DNA of 64,000 nt from an uncultured Pelagibacteraceae bacterium (GCA_902578305.1 CACHCK010000003.1:66492-130491), one strand, 5' to 3'; positions 9,218-20,134 are shown, counted from the stretch's first letter. Numbers and translations are program-made. The notes: generated by a model not told the origin, from the letters alone.

Positions 9218-10702
9218 ATGACTCAATACATCCTTAGTAATAAAGAAATGGCAAAGGCAGACCTTTTAACTATTGAATCTGGTATTTCTAGTTTGGATCT
9301 GATGTTTAACGCAGGAAAGAAAGTTTTCAACAATCTTCCTGTTCAAAGAGGTAAAAGGGCGCTCTTTATTTGTGGTCCGGGAAATAACGGTGGCGATGGC
9401 TATGTTGCAGCTGACCTTATTTTAAAGCAAGGTATGGAAATTGATATTTATTGCCCTATTAGTAAAGCCAAGGAAAGTAATGACAATTTACATTATAAAC
9501 AAAAACTTAATAAATCATTATTTGTTTCCAAAATAAGAAGTTTATCAAATTATTGTTATGTAGTAGACGCTTTATTTGGTACAGGGTTATCAAGGAGAAT
9601 GTCAGATGATTTAAGTTCTTTGGTTAGTAAAATTAATCAATCTAAATTAGATGTTTTCTCCGTAGATATTCCATCTGGCATTAATGGCGATACATCTGCT
9701 GTTCTTGGAGAAGCTTTTAAAGCTTCAAAAACAATTACTTTTTTTAATAAAAAAAAATGTCATTATTTGTACCCTGGAAAAAAATATTGTGGAGAAATAG
9801 TAGTTGAGGATATTGGAATTAAAAAAAACGTATTAGATCAAATTATGCCAAATATAAAAAAAAATGATCCATCATTATGGATTAAGAATTTTCCATTTCC
9901 AGTTTCAAGTGATCATAAATATTCAAGAGGAATGCTTGTAATTAATACTGGTCCTCAATTTCAAACTGGAGCAGCTCGATTAGCTGGTCGATCAGCTATG
10001 CGCGTTGGGGCAGGAGCAGTAACAATGGTCTGCGATGAAGAAACAGCAAAAATATTAGAACCACAAATCTCAGTTGAATTACTATCAGTGATAAAAGAAA
10101 AAAACGATTTTCAAAAACTTTTAAAAGACAAAAGAGTTTCAAGTGTCCTCATAGGTCCTGGAAATGGAGTAAATGATGAAACAAAAGCAAGAACTTTAAT
10201 GGCACTGGCTTTTGTGGATCATTGTGTAATTGATGCAGACGCAATTACATGTTTTGAAAATAATCCAAAAGAATTATTTATAGATACTTATCCGCATACA
10301 ATACTCACACCTCATGAAGGTGAATTTAAAAGATTATTTGGTGAAGGTATCGCGTTAATGGAAGATAAAGTACTCAAGTGTGTTGAGGCAGCCAAATTAG
10401 CAGGAAGTATAGTTTTACTCAAAGGCGCTGATACAGTTATTGCTGATCCTGAAGGGAATGTTGTAATAAATGCAAGCGAAGCTCCATATCTAGCAACCGC
10501 AGGATCAGGTGATGTTCTTGCTGGAATCATCGCTTCACTTGTTGGAGATAATAAGATGAATGCTTTTGATGCGACTTGCGCTGGAGCATATATTCACTCA
10601 AAACTTGGAGAAATGATAGGCCCCGGGCTAATTGCAGAGGATCTTATTGACAACATTCCCCTGATGATTAAAAAGCTGCATTCGTATGTTGAGGAAAATT
10701 AA
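9218..10702 (+). CDS. nnr: Bifunctional NAD(P)HX epimerase/dehydratase
   Basis: CGPGNNGGDG, VDALFGTG, VDIPSG (YjeF_N); HKYSRG, TGAARLA, IDADA, LTPHEGEF, LLKGADT, LATAGSGDVLAG. Confidence 0.93.
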   Translation: MTQYILSNKEMAKADLLTIESGISSLDLMFNAGKKVFNNLPVQRGKRALFICGPGNNGGDGYVAADLILKQGMEIDIYCPISKAKESNDNLHYKQKLNKSLFVSKIRSLSNYCYVVDALFGTGLSRRMSDDLSSLVSKINQSKLDVFSVDIPSGINGDTSAVLGEAFKASKTITFFNKKKCHYLYPGKKYCGEIVVEDIGIKKNVLDQIMPNIKKNDPSLWIKNFPFPVSSDHKYSRGMLVINTGPQFQTGAARLAGRSAMRVGAGAVTMVCDEETAKILEPQISVELLSVIKEKNDFQKLLKDKRVSSVLIGPGNGVNDETKARTLMALAFVDHCVIDADAITCFENNPKELFIDTYPHTILTPHEGEFKRLFGEGIALMEDKVLKCVEAAKLAGSIVLLKGADTVIADPEGNVVINASEAPYLATAGSGDVLAGIIASLVGDNKMNAFDATCAGAYIHSKLGEMIGPGLIAEDLIDNIPLMIKKLHSYVEEN

Positions 10703-12530
10703 TAAAATATCATTACTTCTAATTCTTTTTCTTACACTTTGTTTGAATATAAGTTTTGCAGAAGACCAGATATATACATTTAAATCCAAAAACACTGATT
10801 TCATTGGATCAGTAGCAAAAGAAAAAGATGGTTCAAAAACTATTTCTTTTGTCGGTATTCCCTTTGCAAAGCCTCCAGTTGATGACTTAAGATGGAAAGC
10901 TCCAAGAGAATTAGATCTGATGCCTGATACATTTGAAGCCACAACATTACCTAATAGGTGCATGCAAGTTAGTAATTTTTATGACTCAATGGATGGCATT
11001 GAGGGAGGTTCAATAATTGGATCTGAGGACTGTCTTTATTTAAATATTTATCTGTCAGAAAAGGCATACAATAGTAAAAAGAAATTGCCAGTCATGTTTT
11101 GGATACACGGAGGTGGAAATACGTGGGGTTATTCAGCTTCAAACTTGTATACTTCAGGTGATTTCATAATGGAACATGATGTAATTTTAGTCACAACAAA
11201 CTATAGATTAGGTCCTTTTGGATGGTTTGCCTTCAGCGGTCTAAATGAAGACTCAAATAATGAACTTGATCAAAGTGCAAATTTTGGAACTCTCGATATT
11301 ATAAAATCACTTGAGTGGGTTAATGAGAATATTTCAAATTTTAATGGTGACCCAAATAATATTACTATTTTCGGTGAGTCTGCTGGAGCTAGAAATGTAA
11401 TTTCACTTATGACTTCACCTTTAAGTGAAGACTTGTTTCAAAGAGGAATTTCTCAAAGCGGTTACCTTGGCTCAGACTCTTTAGACTTTGCAGAAAATAA
11501 TGAAAGAGCGGGATCAAAAAGTTTATTAAGACACTTAATCAAATCAAAGAACACATCAATATCTGATGAGGAGATTTCAAATTTCATGAGCAATCAGATG
11601 CTTTCTGTCGACCTTTTAAGAACTGCAGATGCAAACGATATTATATCATATTATAGGCCAAGACCTGATGCAGCTGGATTAATTGATGTCCCGAATGTAA
11701 TACCTGATGGAGTAGTAATTCCAAATAAGGGAATTTATGGAGCTTATAGAGATGGTGATATGTATGACAAACCTATGATATTTGGTTCGACACGAGATGA
11801 AGATAAACTGTTTATGTTTATGAACGATGAATATGTAAATAGGCCATTATCTTTTTTAAGTCCAATCTCGGAATATCTTGATTTATATGTAAAACCCAAA
11901 GATCCAAAGTATTATGATATCTATGCTAAATACATGGCAGAGTCATGGAAATATGGGGCAGTAGACCTACCTTCAGACTTTACATCAAATTACAAAAAAT
12001 CAAATGTATATGCTTATCGATTTGATTGGGATGAACAAAATGTCTATTTAGGTGTTGATTTGCCCAATCTACTAGGCGCTGCACATGGAATGGAGTTAGC
12101 ATTTATTTTTAAATCAGATGGTTTATTAGGTGAGAGCTCAGATGCGATAAATGACATAATGTATAATGAAAATAACAGGTCCACTGATTTAGAGCTCTCT
12201 ACAAAAATGGGACAATATTGGGTAAATTTTGCTTACGATGGTAATCCAAATAGCGCCCCTTATGATATGTCTACCGAGTGGAAACCATGGAATAAATTAA
12301 ATAACAACGAAAGGTTTATCGTATTTGACTCTGTTAACGATAAGGGCATTGCAATGTTTAATAATACTTTATCGGCAAATTCAATTCTTCAAGGAATATC
12401 CAGTGAGAGCATAACTGTTGATCAAAAGTGCAATATAATTGATAAAATGTTTAATAGAACAACTCTTACTGACGAGGAAGTGGATGAAATTTACAGAACC
12501 TTTATGAGCGGTAAGTGCACTAGAGCCTAA
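10686..12530 (+). CDS. Secreted type-B carboxylesterase/lipase family protein
   Basis: Signal peptide MLRKINKISLLLILFLTLCLNISFA; GIPFAKPP, EDCLYLNI, WIHGGGN, NYRLGPFG, nucleophile FGESAG, acid in STRDED, His in AAHGMEL. Confidence 0.88.
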   Translation: MLRKINKISLLLILFLTLCLNISFAEDQIYTFKSKNTDFIGSVAKEKDGSKTISFVGIPFAKPPVDDLRWKAPRELDLMPDTFEATTLPNRCMQVSNFYDSMDGIEGGSIIGSEDCLYLNIYLSEKAYNSKKKLPVMFWIHGGGNTWGYSASNLYTSGDFIMEHDVILVTTNYRLGPFGWFAFSGLNEDSNNELDQSANFGTLDIIKSLEWVNENISNFNGDPNNITIFGESAGARNVISLMTSPLSEDLFQRGISQSGYLGSDSLDFAENNERAGSKSLLRHLIKSKNTSISDEEISNFMSNQMLSVDLLRTADANDIISYYRPRPDAAGLIDVPNVIPDGVVIPNKGIYGAYRDGDMYDKPMIFGSTRDEDKLFMFMNDEYVNRPLSFLSPISEYLDLYVKPKDPKYYDIYAKYMAESWKYGAVDLPSDFTSNYKKSNVYAYRFDWDEQNVYLGVDLPNLLGAAHGMELAFIFKSDGLLGESSDAINDIMYNENNRSTDLELSTKMGQYWVNFAYDGNPNSAPYDMSTEWKPWNKLNNNERFIVFDSVNDKGIAMFNNTLSANSILQGISSESITVDQKCNIIDKMFNRTTLTDEEVDEIYRTFMSGKCTRA

Positions 12531-12745
12531 ACTTTATTTAGCTTAACTTTATAGTCATCAACGATAGTTATTTCCTGAATACCATCAATGTGCATCTTAA
12601 ATTTCTTATATTCTTCTTTTTCTTTCACTTTTTCTCGAGCTTCTTTTTCATCTCTTGCACAGACAAAGATATTGGTGTGCCCTTCGTAAAAGCCATCTGA
12701 AATATTAGGATCATAAAAACCTGTATGGACTTGAAACAATTTCAT
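12527..12745 (-). CDS. DUF1543-like small protein
   Basis: 72 aa with E-H-x-x-F-V-x-A and MHIDGIQEITIVDDYKV, resembling DUF1543; fills the gap between flanking genes. Confidence 0.65.
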   Translation of the reverse strand: MKLFQVHTGFYDPNISDGFYEGHTNIFVCARDEKEAREKVKEKEEYKKFKMHIDGIQEITIVDDYKVKLNKV

Positions 12746-12764
12746 ATTATTTAATAATTAGATC

Positions 12765-12899
12765 ATGAAAAAAGAAAACTTGCCATCTAAAATATGCCCG
12801 GTTTGTAATCGCCCTTTTAACTGGAGAAAAAAATGGAGATTGAACTGGGACAGAGTAATATACTGTTCAAAAAAGTGTGCTGGAATAAAAAAGGCTTAA
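12765..12899 (+). CDS. DUF2256-like 44-aa Cys4 protein (absent from the ORF track)
   Basis: Manual translation: MKKENLPSKICPVCNRPFNWRKKWRLNWDRVIYCSKKCAGIKKA*; CPVC...WRKKW...YCSKKC signature. Confidence 0.85.
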   Translation: MKKENLPSKICPVCNRPFNWRKKWRLNWDRVIYCSKKCAGIKKA

Positions 12900-13837
12900 A
12901 CGATATTTCTTTTTCTGCCTTTATAAAAAGAATTTATATTTTTTATTAATTGATTGATTGCTTCTTGCAAGGTTTCATTTGATGCCCATGCAGTATGGGG
13001 TGTCCAAATGAAATTTGCTTCATTTAATATGCTGTAATAAGCGTGAGATTTTTTTGGAGGTTCACTAGTTGTGACATCAATTCCAGCTCCTGCAATGATT
13101 TTTTGTTTTAATGCTTTTGTCAGATCATTTTCATTAACTATGCCGCCCCTGGCAGTATTAATTAAGATCATATTTTTTTTCATTATTTTTAATTCTTTAA
13201 TAGTTATTAGGTCTTTTGTTTTCTCATTCAAGGGGCAATGAACAGATAAATAATCAAGAGATGATAAGAATTTTAAAAATTGTGTTTTTTTATAATTTCT
13301 AACCGAAAAATAATTAATATTCATTCCAAATGCTTTGGCTATTCTGCCAACTTTCATGCCAATTGAACCTTTTCCAATTATGCCCAATGTTTTGCCATGT
13401 AAGTCATTTATTTCTCTGCTAAGTAATGCAAATACCTTTCTTTTTTGCCAAAGTTTCTTGTCTATATCTTTCTCAAGACCTTTAATATTTTTAGAAAGTG
13501 CAAGCATGAGAGTTAAAACGTGTTCAGCAACCGATATGGAAGCATAGTCTCTTAGATTGCATATAGAGATATTGTGTTTTCTGCAGTACTCTAAGTCTAT
13601 TATATTCGTTCCCGTTGCAGTTATCGCAATTAGTTCTAAATTGTTCGCATTAGATAAATTATTTCTATTCAGTTCAATTTTGTTGGTAACAACTATATGT
13701 GCTTTCTCAATCCTTTTTTTGACTTCCCTCACCGTCGTAAAACTATGGTTTTTCCATTTGTGATTAAAATCAAGTTTTGGAAATATAATATTAGAAGGAA
13801 AAGTGGACCTATCTAAAAATACAATATTTTTTCTCAT
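12896..13837 (-). CDS. hprA: D-2-hydroxyacid dehydrogenase, glycerate dehydrogenase/hydroxypyruvate reductase (HprA-like)
   Basis: IVFLDR N-terminus, IAITATGTN, SVAEH, GIIGKGSIG, VHCPL, INTARGG, TPHTAWAS. Confidence 0.7.
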   Translation of the reverse strand: MRKNIVFLDRSTFPSNIIFPKLDFNHKWKNHSFTTVREVKKRIEKAHIVVTNKIELNRNNLSNANNLELIAITATGTNIIDLEYCRKHNISICNLRDYASISVAEHVLTLMLALSKNIKGLEKDIDKKLWQKRKVFALLSREINDLHGKTLGIIGKGSIGMKVGRIAKAFGMNINYFSVRNYKKTQFLKFLSSLDYLSVHCPLNEKTKDLITIKELKIMKKNMILINTARGGIVNENDLTKALKQKIIAGAGIDVTTSEPPKKSHAYYSILNEANFIWTPHTAWASNETLQEAINQLIKNINSFYKGRKRNIV

Positions 13838-13923
13838 AATTAACGGTCAAAACTATAGCATCAAATTGTAATATTTTACTGTAAACATCTAAAAAATAGT
13901 CTATTTTGCATTTTCTATTAATC

Positions 13924-14008
13924 GCGGATATGGTGGAATTGGTAGACACGCTGGTTTTAGGTACCAGTGAGGCAACTCATGGGGGTTCGAGTCCCTCTAT
14001 CCGCACCA
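13924..14008 (+). tRNA. tRNA-Leu(TAG)
   Basis: 85 nt; acceptor GCGGATA/TATCCGC plus ACCA; anticodon arm CTGGT-TT-TAG-GT-ACCAG; long variable arm; GGTTCGAGTCC T-arm. Confidence 0.96.
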
Positions 14009-14029
14009 ATTTGTTAGTAAGAAGATAAT

Positions 14030-15445
14030 ATGAGTTATAAAGAAGTATTAAATAAAGGTTTGAAAAGAGCTTATGAGTTCACTATTGCATCTGCAGATTT
14101 TAACACAAAGCTAGAGTCAAAAATTGAGGAAGTAAAAAAATCAGTAAAAATTGACGGCTTTAGACCAGGTAAAGTTCCAAATAATATCATTATGCAAAAA
14201 CATGGTGATGCGATTAACAATGAAGTTTTGAATGCTGTAATAAATGAAAATGTCTCAAAAATAATACAAGAAGGAAAGCTTCGTCCCGTTTCTCAACCGA
14301 AGGTTGATTACAAAGATAAAGAACAAGAAAAAAAAGATGTTGATAAAACGTTTAAAATTGAGTTTGAAGTTTTTCCAGAAATAAAATTAGCCGACTTTAC
14401 TAAAATCGAAATCGAGTCAACTTCGGTAAAGCTTGATAAAAAAGAAATTGATAAACGAATAGACTTAATTGCCAAATCTCAAAGAACATATAAAGAGCAA
14501 GGTAGTGATTATAAAGCTAAGAAAGAGGACTCTGTCTTATTAGATTATGAAGGAACCATCGATGGTAAGAATTTTGATGGAGGTAAGGCAGAAAGTCAGA
14601 CAATTGTAATTGGCTCTGGACGATACATAAAGGATTTAGAAGATGGCCTTGTGGGTCTAAAGAGTGGAGACAGCAAAAAGATAAACGTCAAATTTCCTGC
14701 AGATTATTCAGCAAAAGAGTTACAAAATGCTGATGCTGTGTTCGATTGCAATATTAAAAAAATAAGTTCACCCGTTGAGTCAAAAGTAGATGATGAATTG
14801 GCAAAATCAATGGGTGCAACTGATTTAAAGGATCTAAAAAGTAAGGTTGAAAATCAAATGCAAAGTGAGTACTCAGATCTAACAAAAAATCTTGATAAAA
14901 AAGCACTTTTTGAAAAGCTCCAGTCAGCGCACAAATTTGAGTTACCTGAAGATCTTATAAATGTTGAATTTCAGAACTTGTCTGCAAATTATTTAAATTC
15001 ACAAAGTCCATCATCAATTGATCATCAAAAGGAAATCAAAGATAAAAAATTGACTTCTGATAATGAGGCTAAATTTAAGGAAGATGCAAAAAATAGAATT
15101 GAACTGGGCTTAATTCTTCAAGAGGTTGGGAAAGTAAATGAAATTTCGGTGACGCCAGAGGAAATGAATAAAGCCCTTTTTGAATATGCAGGCAATTTTA
15201 AAGGACAAGAACAAAAAGTGATTGATTATTATAGAAATAATCAGGATGCAGCTATGCAACTTCAAGCTCCTTTATATGAAAATAAAATTGTAGACTTTAT
15301 ACTTTCGAAGGTTAAATTGAAAAAGAAAGATGTTGATGTTGATTCGTTTATCAAAATGTATAATAACGTCAATTCAGTTGAAAAGACTGAAGTGAAGAAA
15401 AAAACGGCAAAGAAAAAGACAGTTAAGAAAAAAACTAAGAAATAA
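14030..15445 (+). CDS. tig: Trigger factor
   Basis: [14 protein letters not shown] domain [17 protein letters not shown]...[16 protein letters not shown]; position between tRNA-Leu and clpP. Confidence 0.95.
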   Translation: MSYKEVLNKGLKRAYEFTIASADFNTKLESKIEEVKKSVKIDGFRPGKVPNNIIMQKHGDAINNEVLNAVINENVSKIIQEGKLRPVSQPKVDYKDKEQEKKDVDKTFKIEFEVFPEIKLADFTKIEIESTSVKLDKKEIDKRIDLIAKSQRTYKEQGSDYKAKKEDSVLLDYEGTIDGKNFDGGKAESQTIVIGSGRYIKDLEDGLVGLKSGDSKKINVKFPADYSAKELQNADAVFDCNIKKISSPVESKVDDELAKSMGATDLKDLKSKVENQMQSEYSDLTKNLDKKALFEKLQSAHKFELPEDLINVEFQNLSANYLNSQSPSSIDHQKEIKDKKLTSDNEAKFKEDAKNRIELGLILQEVGKVNEISVTPEEMNKALFEYAGNFKGQEQKVIDYYRNNQDAAMQLQAPLYENKIVDFILSKVKLKKKDVDVDSFIKMYNNVNSVEKTEVKKKTAKKKTVKKKTKK

Positions 15446-15447
15446 TA

Positions 15448-16071
15448 ATGATTGATAATAAAATTTTTGATCAATTGGTTCCAATGGTCGTTGAACAGAC
15501 GGGAAGAGGAGAACGTGCTTTTGATATTTATTCAAGATTATTAAAGGAAAGAATAATATTTTTAGTCGGGCCAGTTAACGATCACATGGCCTCTTTAGTT
15601 TCAGCTCAACTTTTGTTTCTTGAATCTGAAAATCCCGAAAAAGAGATATCATTATATATAAATTCACCTGGAGGAGTTGTAAGTGATGGATTGGCAATTT
15701 ACGACACAATGCAATTCATACAGTCTCCAGTCTCAACTCTTTGTTTTGGACAGGCTGCTTCAATGGGCTCATTCTTACTTGCAGCAGGCGAAAAAGGAAA
15801 AAGATATGCTTTACCTAATAGCCGCATAATGGTGCACCAGCCATCTGCTGGCTTTCAAGGTCAAGCAACTGATATAGAAATACATGCAAAAGAGGTCTTG
15901 GCAATGAAAGCAAATTTAAACAAAATATACGCAAAACATACAGGCCAACCTGTTGAAGCAATTGAAGAGGCGCTTGAAAGAGATAACTTTATGTCACCGG
16001 AAGAGGCTCAGAAATTTGGCATCATTGATAGCATTCAGGAAAAAAGAGTTGAACCAAAAACTGAGAAATAG
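15448..16071 (+). CDS. clpP: ATP-dependent Clp protease proteolytic subunit
   Basis: [35 protein letters not shown]. Confidence 0.98.
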   Translation: MIDNKIFDQLVPMVVEQTGRGERAFDIYSRLLKERIIFLVGPVNDHMASLVSAQLLFLESENPEKEISLYINSPGGVVSDGLAIYDTMQFIQSPVSTLCFGQAASMGSFLLAAGEKGKRYALPNSRIMVHQPSAGFQGQATDIEIHAKEVLAMKANLNKIYAKHTGQPVEAIEEALERDNFMSPEEAQKFGIIDSIQEKRVEPKTEK

Positions 16072-16192
16072 CCTCAAATAGTCAATTTAATCCACTGTTT
16101 ATAAACACTTTTTTTTAAAATTAATTGTTTTTTTTCTACAGAAATGTTTTTCTTAATAATTATTGATTCGCAGATTGTTAAAAAATTGAATT

Positions 16193-17461
16193 ATGAGTGA
16201 AAATAATAACGATAGTAAAAGCAAGAACACGCTCTATTGCTCTTTTTGTGGCAAAAGTCAGCATGAAGTAAAGAAGTTGATTGCTGGACCAACCGTATTC
16301 ATATGTGATGAGTGCGTTGAGTTGTGTAATGATATTATTCAAGAGGAGAATAAAGAAACTAAAGCAAAATCATCAAGTAGAATTCCAACTCCTAAAGAAA
16401 TCTGTGCAACTTTAGATGACTTCGTAATAGGACAAAAAGATGCCAAGTACAATTTGTCTGTAGCTGTGCATAATCATTATAAAAGAATTGAGCATTCCAA
16501 TTTCAAGTCTGATGTAGAATTATCGAAATCAAATATTCTTTTAATTGGACCTACAGGTTGCGGTAAAACTTTATTAGCCCAAACTCTAGCACGTATCTTA
16601 GATGTACCATTTACAATGGCAGATGCGACAACTCTTACTGAGGCTGGATATGTTGGAGAAGATGTTGAGAATATCATTTTAAAATTATTACAGGCATCTG
16701 ACTATAATGTTGATAGGGCGCAGAGAGGCATAGTTTATATTGATGAAATTGACAAAGTTAGCAGAAAATCTGAAAACCCCTCAATTACAAGAGATGTTTC
16801 AGGTGAGGGTGTACAACAAGCATTACTTAAAATAATGGAAGGAACTGTTGCTAGTGTGCCACCACAAGGTGGAAGAAAACATCCACAGCAAGAATTTTTA
16901 CAAGTGGATACGACAAATATTTTATTTATATGTGGTGGAGCTTTTTCCGGGTTAGACAAAATAATTAACAAAAGATCAAAAGGGTCAGGTATTGGATTTC
17001 AAGCAAATGTGAAAAGCTATGAAGAGAAATCTGGAGGGAACAGTTTAAAACATTTAGAGCCTGAAGATTTATTGAGTTATGGGCTGATACCTGAGTTTGT
17101 TGGAAGACTTCCTATTGTCACAACTCTTACAGACTTAGACGAAGAGTCACTAGTAAAAATTCTTCAAGAGCCAAAAAATGCTCTGGTAAAACAGTATCAA
17201 ACACTATTTAGTATGGAAGACGTTAAGCTAATACTTTCAAATGAAGCTCTCAGCGTTATCGCAAAAAAAGCAATTGAGAGAAAAACAGGCGCAAGAGGAC
17301 TTAGGTCTATACTAGAGAGTATCTTGCTCGATACTATGTTTGAATTACCATCCCTTGAAGGCGTTGAAGAGGTAGTGATTAATGCAGAAGTCGCAGAGGG
17401 CCGTGCTCGTCCGCTCTACACTTACACAGACGGCAAAAAAGCTTCAGAAACAAGCGCTTAG
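16193..17461 (+). CDS. clpX: ClpX ATPase subunit
   Basis: Zn finger CSFCGKS...CDEC, Walker [36 protein letters not shown]. Confidence 0.98.
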   Translation: MSENNNDSKSKNTLYCSFCGKSQHEVKKLIAGPTVFICDECVELCNDIIQEENKETKAKSSSRIPTPKEICATLDDFVIGQKDAKYNLSVAVHNHYKRIEHSNFKSDVELSKSNILLIGPTGCGKTLLAQTLARILDVPFTMADATTLTEAGYVGEDVENIILKLLQASDYNVDRAQRGIVYIDEIDKVSRKSENPSITRDVSGEGVQQALLKIMEGTVASVPPQGGRKHPQQEFLQVDTTNILFICGGAFSGLDKIINKRSKGSGIGFQANVKSYEEKSGGNSLKHLEPEDLLSYGLIPEFVGRLPIVTTLTDLDEESLVKILQEPKNALVKQYQTLFSMEDVKLILSNEALSVIAKKAIERKTGARGLRSILESILLDTMFELPSLEGVEEVVINAEVAEGRARPLYTYTDGKKASETSA

Positions 17462-17479
17462 CTGGCAAATCTTTTATTC

Positions 17480-17507
17480 CTTGAAAATCAGGAATTTATA
17501 CACATTT
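17480..17507 (+). promoter_or_regulatory. Putative RpoH (sigma32) promoter of lon
   Basis: CTTGAA(17480-85)...CACATTT(17501-07), i.e. CTTG-N17-CACATTT, about 80 nt upstream of lon, a classic RpoH target. Confidence 0.5.
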
Positions 17508-17586
17508 AAATAGTAGTAGAAAAATAAATGACTTTACTAGTTTTAGTATTGATCATCATATTGAAAAAAGGATTGTCGAGTCGAAT

Positions 17587-19995
17587 ATGATTGAAAATAA
17601 CATACCAGTCTTGCCGTTAAGAGACATAGTTGTGTTTCCTCATATGGTGGTTCCATTGTTTGTAGGTAGAGATAAGTCGGTTAAGGCGCTAGAAAAAGTC
17701 ATGGCTGGTGATAAACGCATCATGCTCATCACTCAAAAAAGTGCTTCAGTGGATGACCCAAAAAAAGATGACCTTTTTGACTTTGGAACAATTGCTAATG
17801 TATTACAGTTATTAAAATTACCTGACGGTACAGTCAAAGTACTTGTTGAGGGACTTCAAAGAGCTTCGATTAACATGTTTACTGATAATGAGGATTATCT
17901 AGTTTCCAACATTGATCTTATTGATGAAAACAATGATAGCTCAGATAAAAAATTAAGAGCACTATCTAAATCAATAACAGATCTTTTTGACAAATATGTA
18001 AATTTAAATAAAAAAATTCCTCCTGAAGTACTTGGAACAATAAACGAAATTGATGACTCAGCAAAGTTGAGTGACACAATTGCATCACACTTATCAATTA
18101 AGTTATCTGATAAACAAGAAATATTAGAAGCAATCGACCTAACCGAGAGATTTGAAAAGATAATGAATTTTATTCAAGCAGAACTCGATGTTATGCAAGT
18201 TGAAAAAAAGATTAGAGGTCGTGTAAAAAATCAAATGGAGAAAACTCAAAGGGAATATTATTTAAACGAGCAAATGAAAGCTATTCAAAAGGAGCTTGGA
18301 GAAGGCGATGATGGTAAAGACGATATTCAGGAATATGAGGAGAAAATTGAGAATACTAAGCTCTCAAAAGAAGCGAAAGAAAAATGCTATTCAGAAATTA
18401 AAAAGCTGAAATCAATGAGCCCAATGTCTGCTGAGTCCAGTGTTATAAGAAATTATTTAGATTGGATATTGACAATACCATGGGGTAAAAAGACTAAAGT
18501 TAAAAAAGATATCAAATTCGCAGAGAGTGTTCTCAACGAAGATCACTATGGTCTTGAAAAAGTTAAAGAGAGAATACTAGAATATTTGTCTGTTCAGCAA
18601 AGGATAAAGAAAATGAAAGGTCCGATTTTATGTTTAGTTGGAGCTCCAGGGGTAGGTAAAACTTCATTGGGTAAATCAATTGCTAGAGCTACGGGAAGAA
18701 AATTTGTAAGAATGTCACTTGGAGGAGTTAGAGATGAAGCTGAGATTAGGGGACACAGAAGAACCTATATAGGATCTCTGCCTGGAAAGGTTCTTCAGAT
18801 GATGAAGAAAGCAGGATCATCTAATCCATTATTTCTATTAGACGAAATTGATAAGCTAGGAGCTGATTACAGAGGAGATCCTTCATCAGCTTTATTGGAA
18901 GTGCTTGATCCAGAGCAAAATAATTCATTTAATGATCACTATTTAGAAGTTGATTATGACTTGTCCGATACAATGTTTATTACAACTGCTAATACATTAA
19001 GGATGCCTCCTGCGCTTTTAGATAGAATGGAAATTATTAGAATTGCAGGCTACACAGAAGATGAAAAAGTAGAAATTGTAAAACAACATTTAGCCCCACA
19101 AATGTTAGAGAAGCATGGTTTAAAGATTGGTGAGCTTATACTGGATGATAGTGCGATAACTGGATTAATAAGATATTATACTAGGGAAGCAGGCGTAAGG
19201 AGCTTAGAAAGAGAACTTGCTAACCTCGCTCGTAAAACAGTTAAAAAAATTGTAGCAGGAGATATTAAATCACTGACAATAAACGAAAATAACCTTCATG
19301 AATTTGCAGGTGTTAGAAAATTTAAATTTGGCGAAATTGATAATGACGACCAGGTTGGAATAGTTACAGGGCTTGCTTGGACAGAAGTTGGTGGCGATAT
19401 ATTGCCAATAGAGTCGGTCATAATGCCCGGAAAAGGCCGCATGACTATTACTGGAAAATTAGGAGATGTAATGAAAGAATCTATTCAAGCTGCAAAATCT
19501 TATGTTCGCTCAAGATGTATAGAGTTTGGAATAAAACCAACTATTTTTCCGATACGCGATATTCATATTCATGTGCCAGAAGGTGCAATACCAAAAGATG
19601 GTCCATCCGCTGGTCTAGGAATGGTTACTTCCATAGTTTCAGTTTTGACAGGTATACCGGTTAGAAAAGATATTGCTATGACAGGTGAAGTAACACTTCG
19701 TGGAAAGGCACTTGGGATTGGTGGTTTAAAAGAAAAACTACTAGCTGCTCTCAGAGCTGGAACAAAAACTGTTTTAATTCCAAAGGAAAATGAAAAAGAC
19801 ATGGCTGATATACCAGACAATGTAAAAGATGGACTGGAACTAATATTCGTTGATAATGTTGATGAGGTATTAAAAATAGCTTTGACGAAGCCTCTCTTGC
19901 CTATTGAGTGGGATGAGGAGGATTCACCTAAGTCTTCTAATGACATATCTGAAGATGATGCTGAACAAGATGTGGATAATCCTATAACTCACTGA
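17587..19995 (+). CDS. lon: Lon protease
   Basis: PVLPLRD, GAPGVGKTS, LLDEIDK, catalytic PKDGPSAG and IGGLKEK. Confidence 0.98.
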   Translation: MIENNIPVLPLRDIVVFPHMVVPLFVGRDKSVKALEKVMAGDKRIMLITQKSASVDDPKKDDLFDFGTIANVLQLLKLPDGTVKVLVEGLQRASINMFTDNEDYLVSNIDLIDENNDSSDKKLRALSKSITDLFDKYVNLNKKIPPEVLGTINEIDDSAKLSDTIASHLSIKLSDKQEILEAIDLTERFEKIMNFIQAELDVMQVEKKIRGRVKNQMEKTQREYYLNEQMKAIQKELGEGDDGKDDIQEYEEKIENTKLSKEAKEKCYSEIKKLKSMSPMSAESSVIRNYLDWILTIPWGKKTKVKKDIKFAESVLNEDHYGLEKVKERILEYLSVQQRIKKMKGPILCLVGAPGVGKTSLGKSIARATGRKFVRMSLGGVRDEAEIRGHRRTYIGSLPGKVLQMMKKAGSSNPLFLLDEIDKLGADYRGDPSSALLEVLDPEQNNSFNDHYLEVDYDLSDTMFITTANTLRMPPALLDRMEIIRIAGYTEDEKVEIVKQHLAPQMLEKHGLKIGELILDDSAITGLIRYYTREAGVRSLERELANLARKTVKKIVAGDIKSLTINENNLHEFAGVRKFKFGEIDNDDQVGIVTGLAWTEVGGDILPIESVIMPGKGRMTITGKLGDVMKESIQAAKSYVRSRCIEFGIKPTIFPIRDIHIHVPEGAIPKDGPSAGLGMVTSIVSVLTGIPVRKDIAMTGEVTLRGKALGIGGLKEKLLAALRAGTKTVLIPKENEKDMADIPDNVKDGLELIFVDNVDEVLKIALTKPLLPIEWDEEDSPKSSNDISEDDAEQDVDNPITH

Positions 19996-20134
19996 TTTTA
20001 TTACATTTTATTAAATAATAATATCTAAATTTTAATTTTTAGCAGTTTTCTTGGGCTTTTTCTTGACTATATATAGTAGTTCAGGTCTCATAGTTATATT
20101 ACGAATCAAAAACTCCTAAAAAAAGGGGGGGGTT

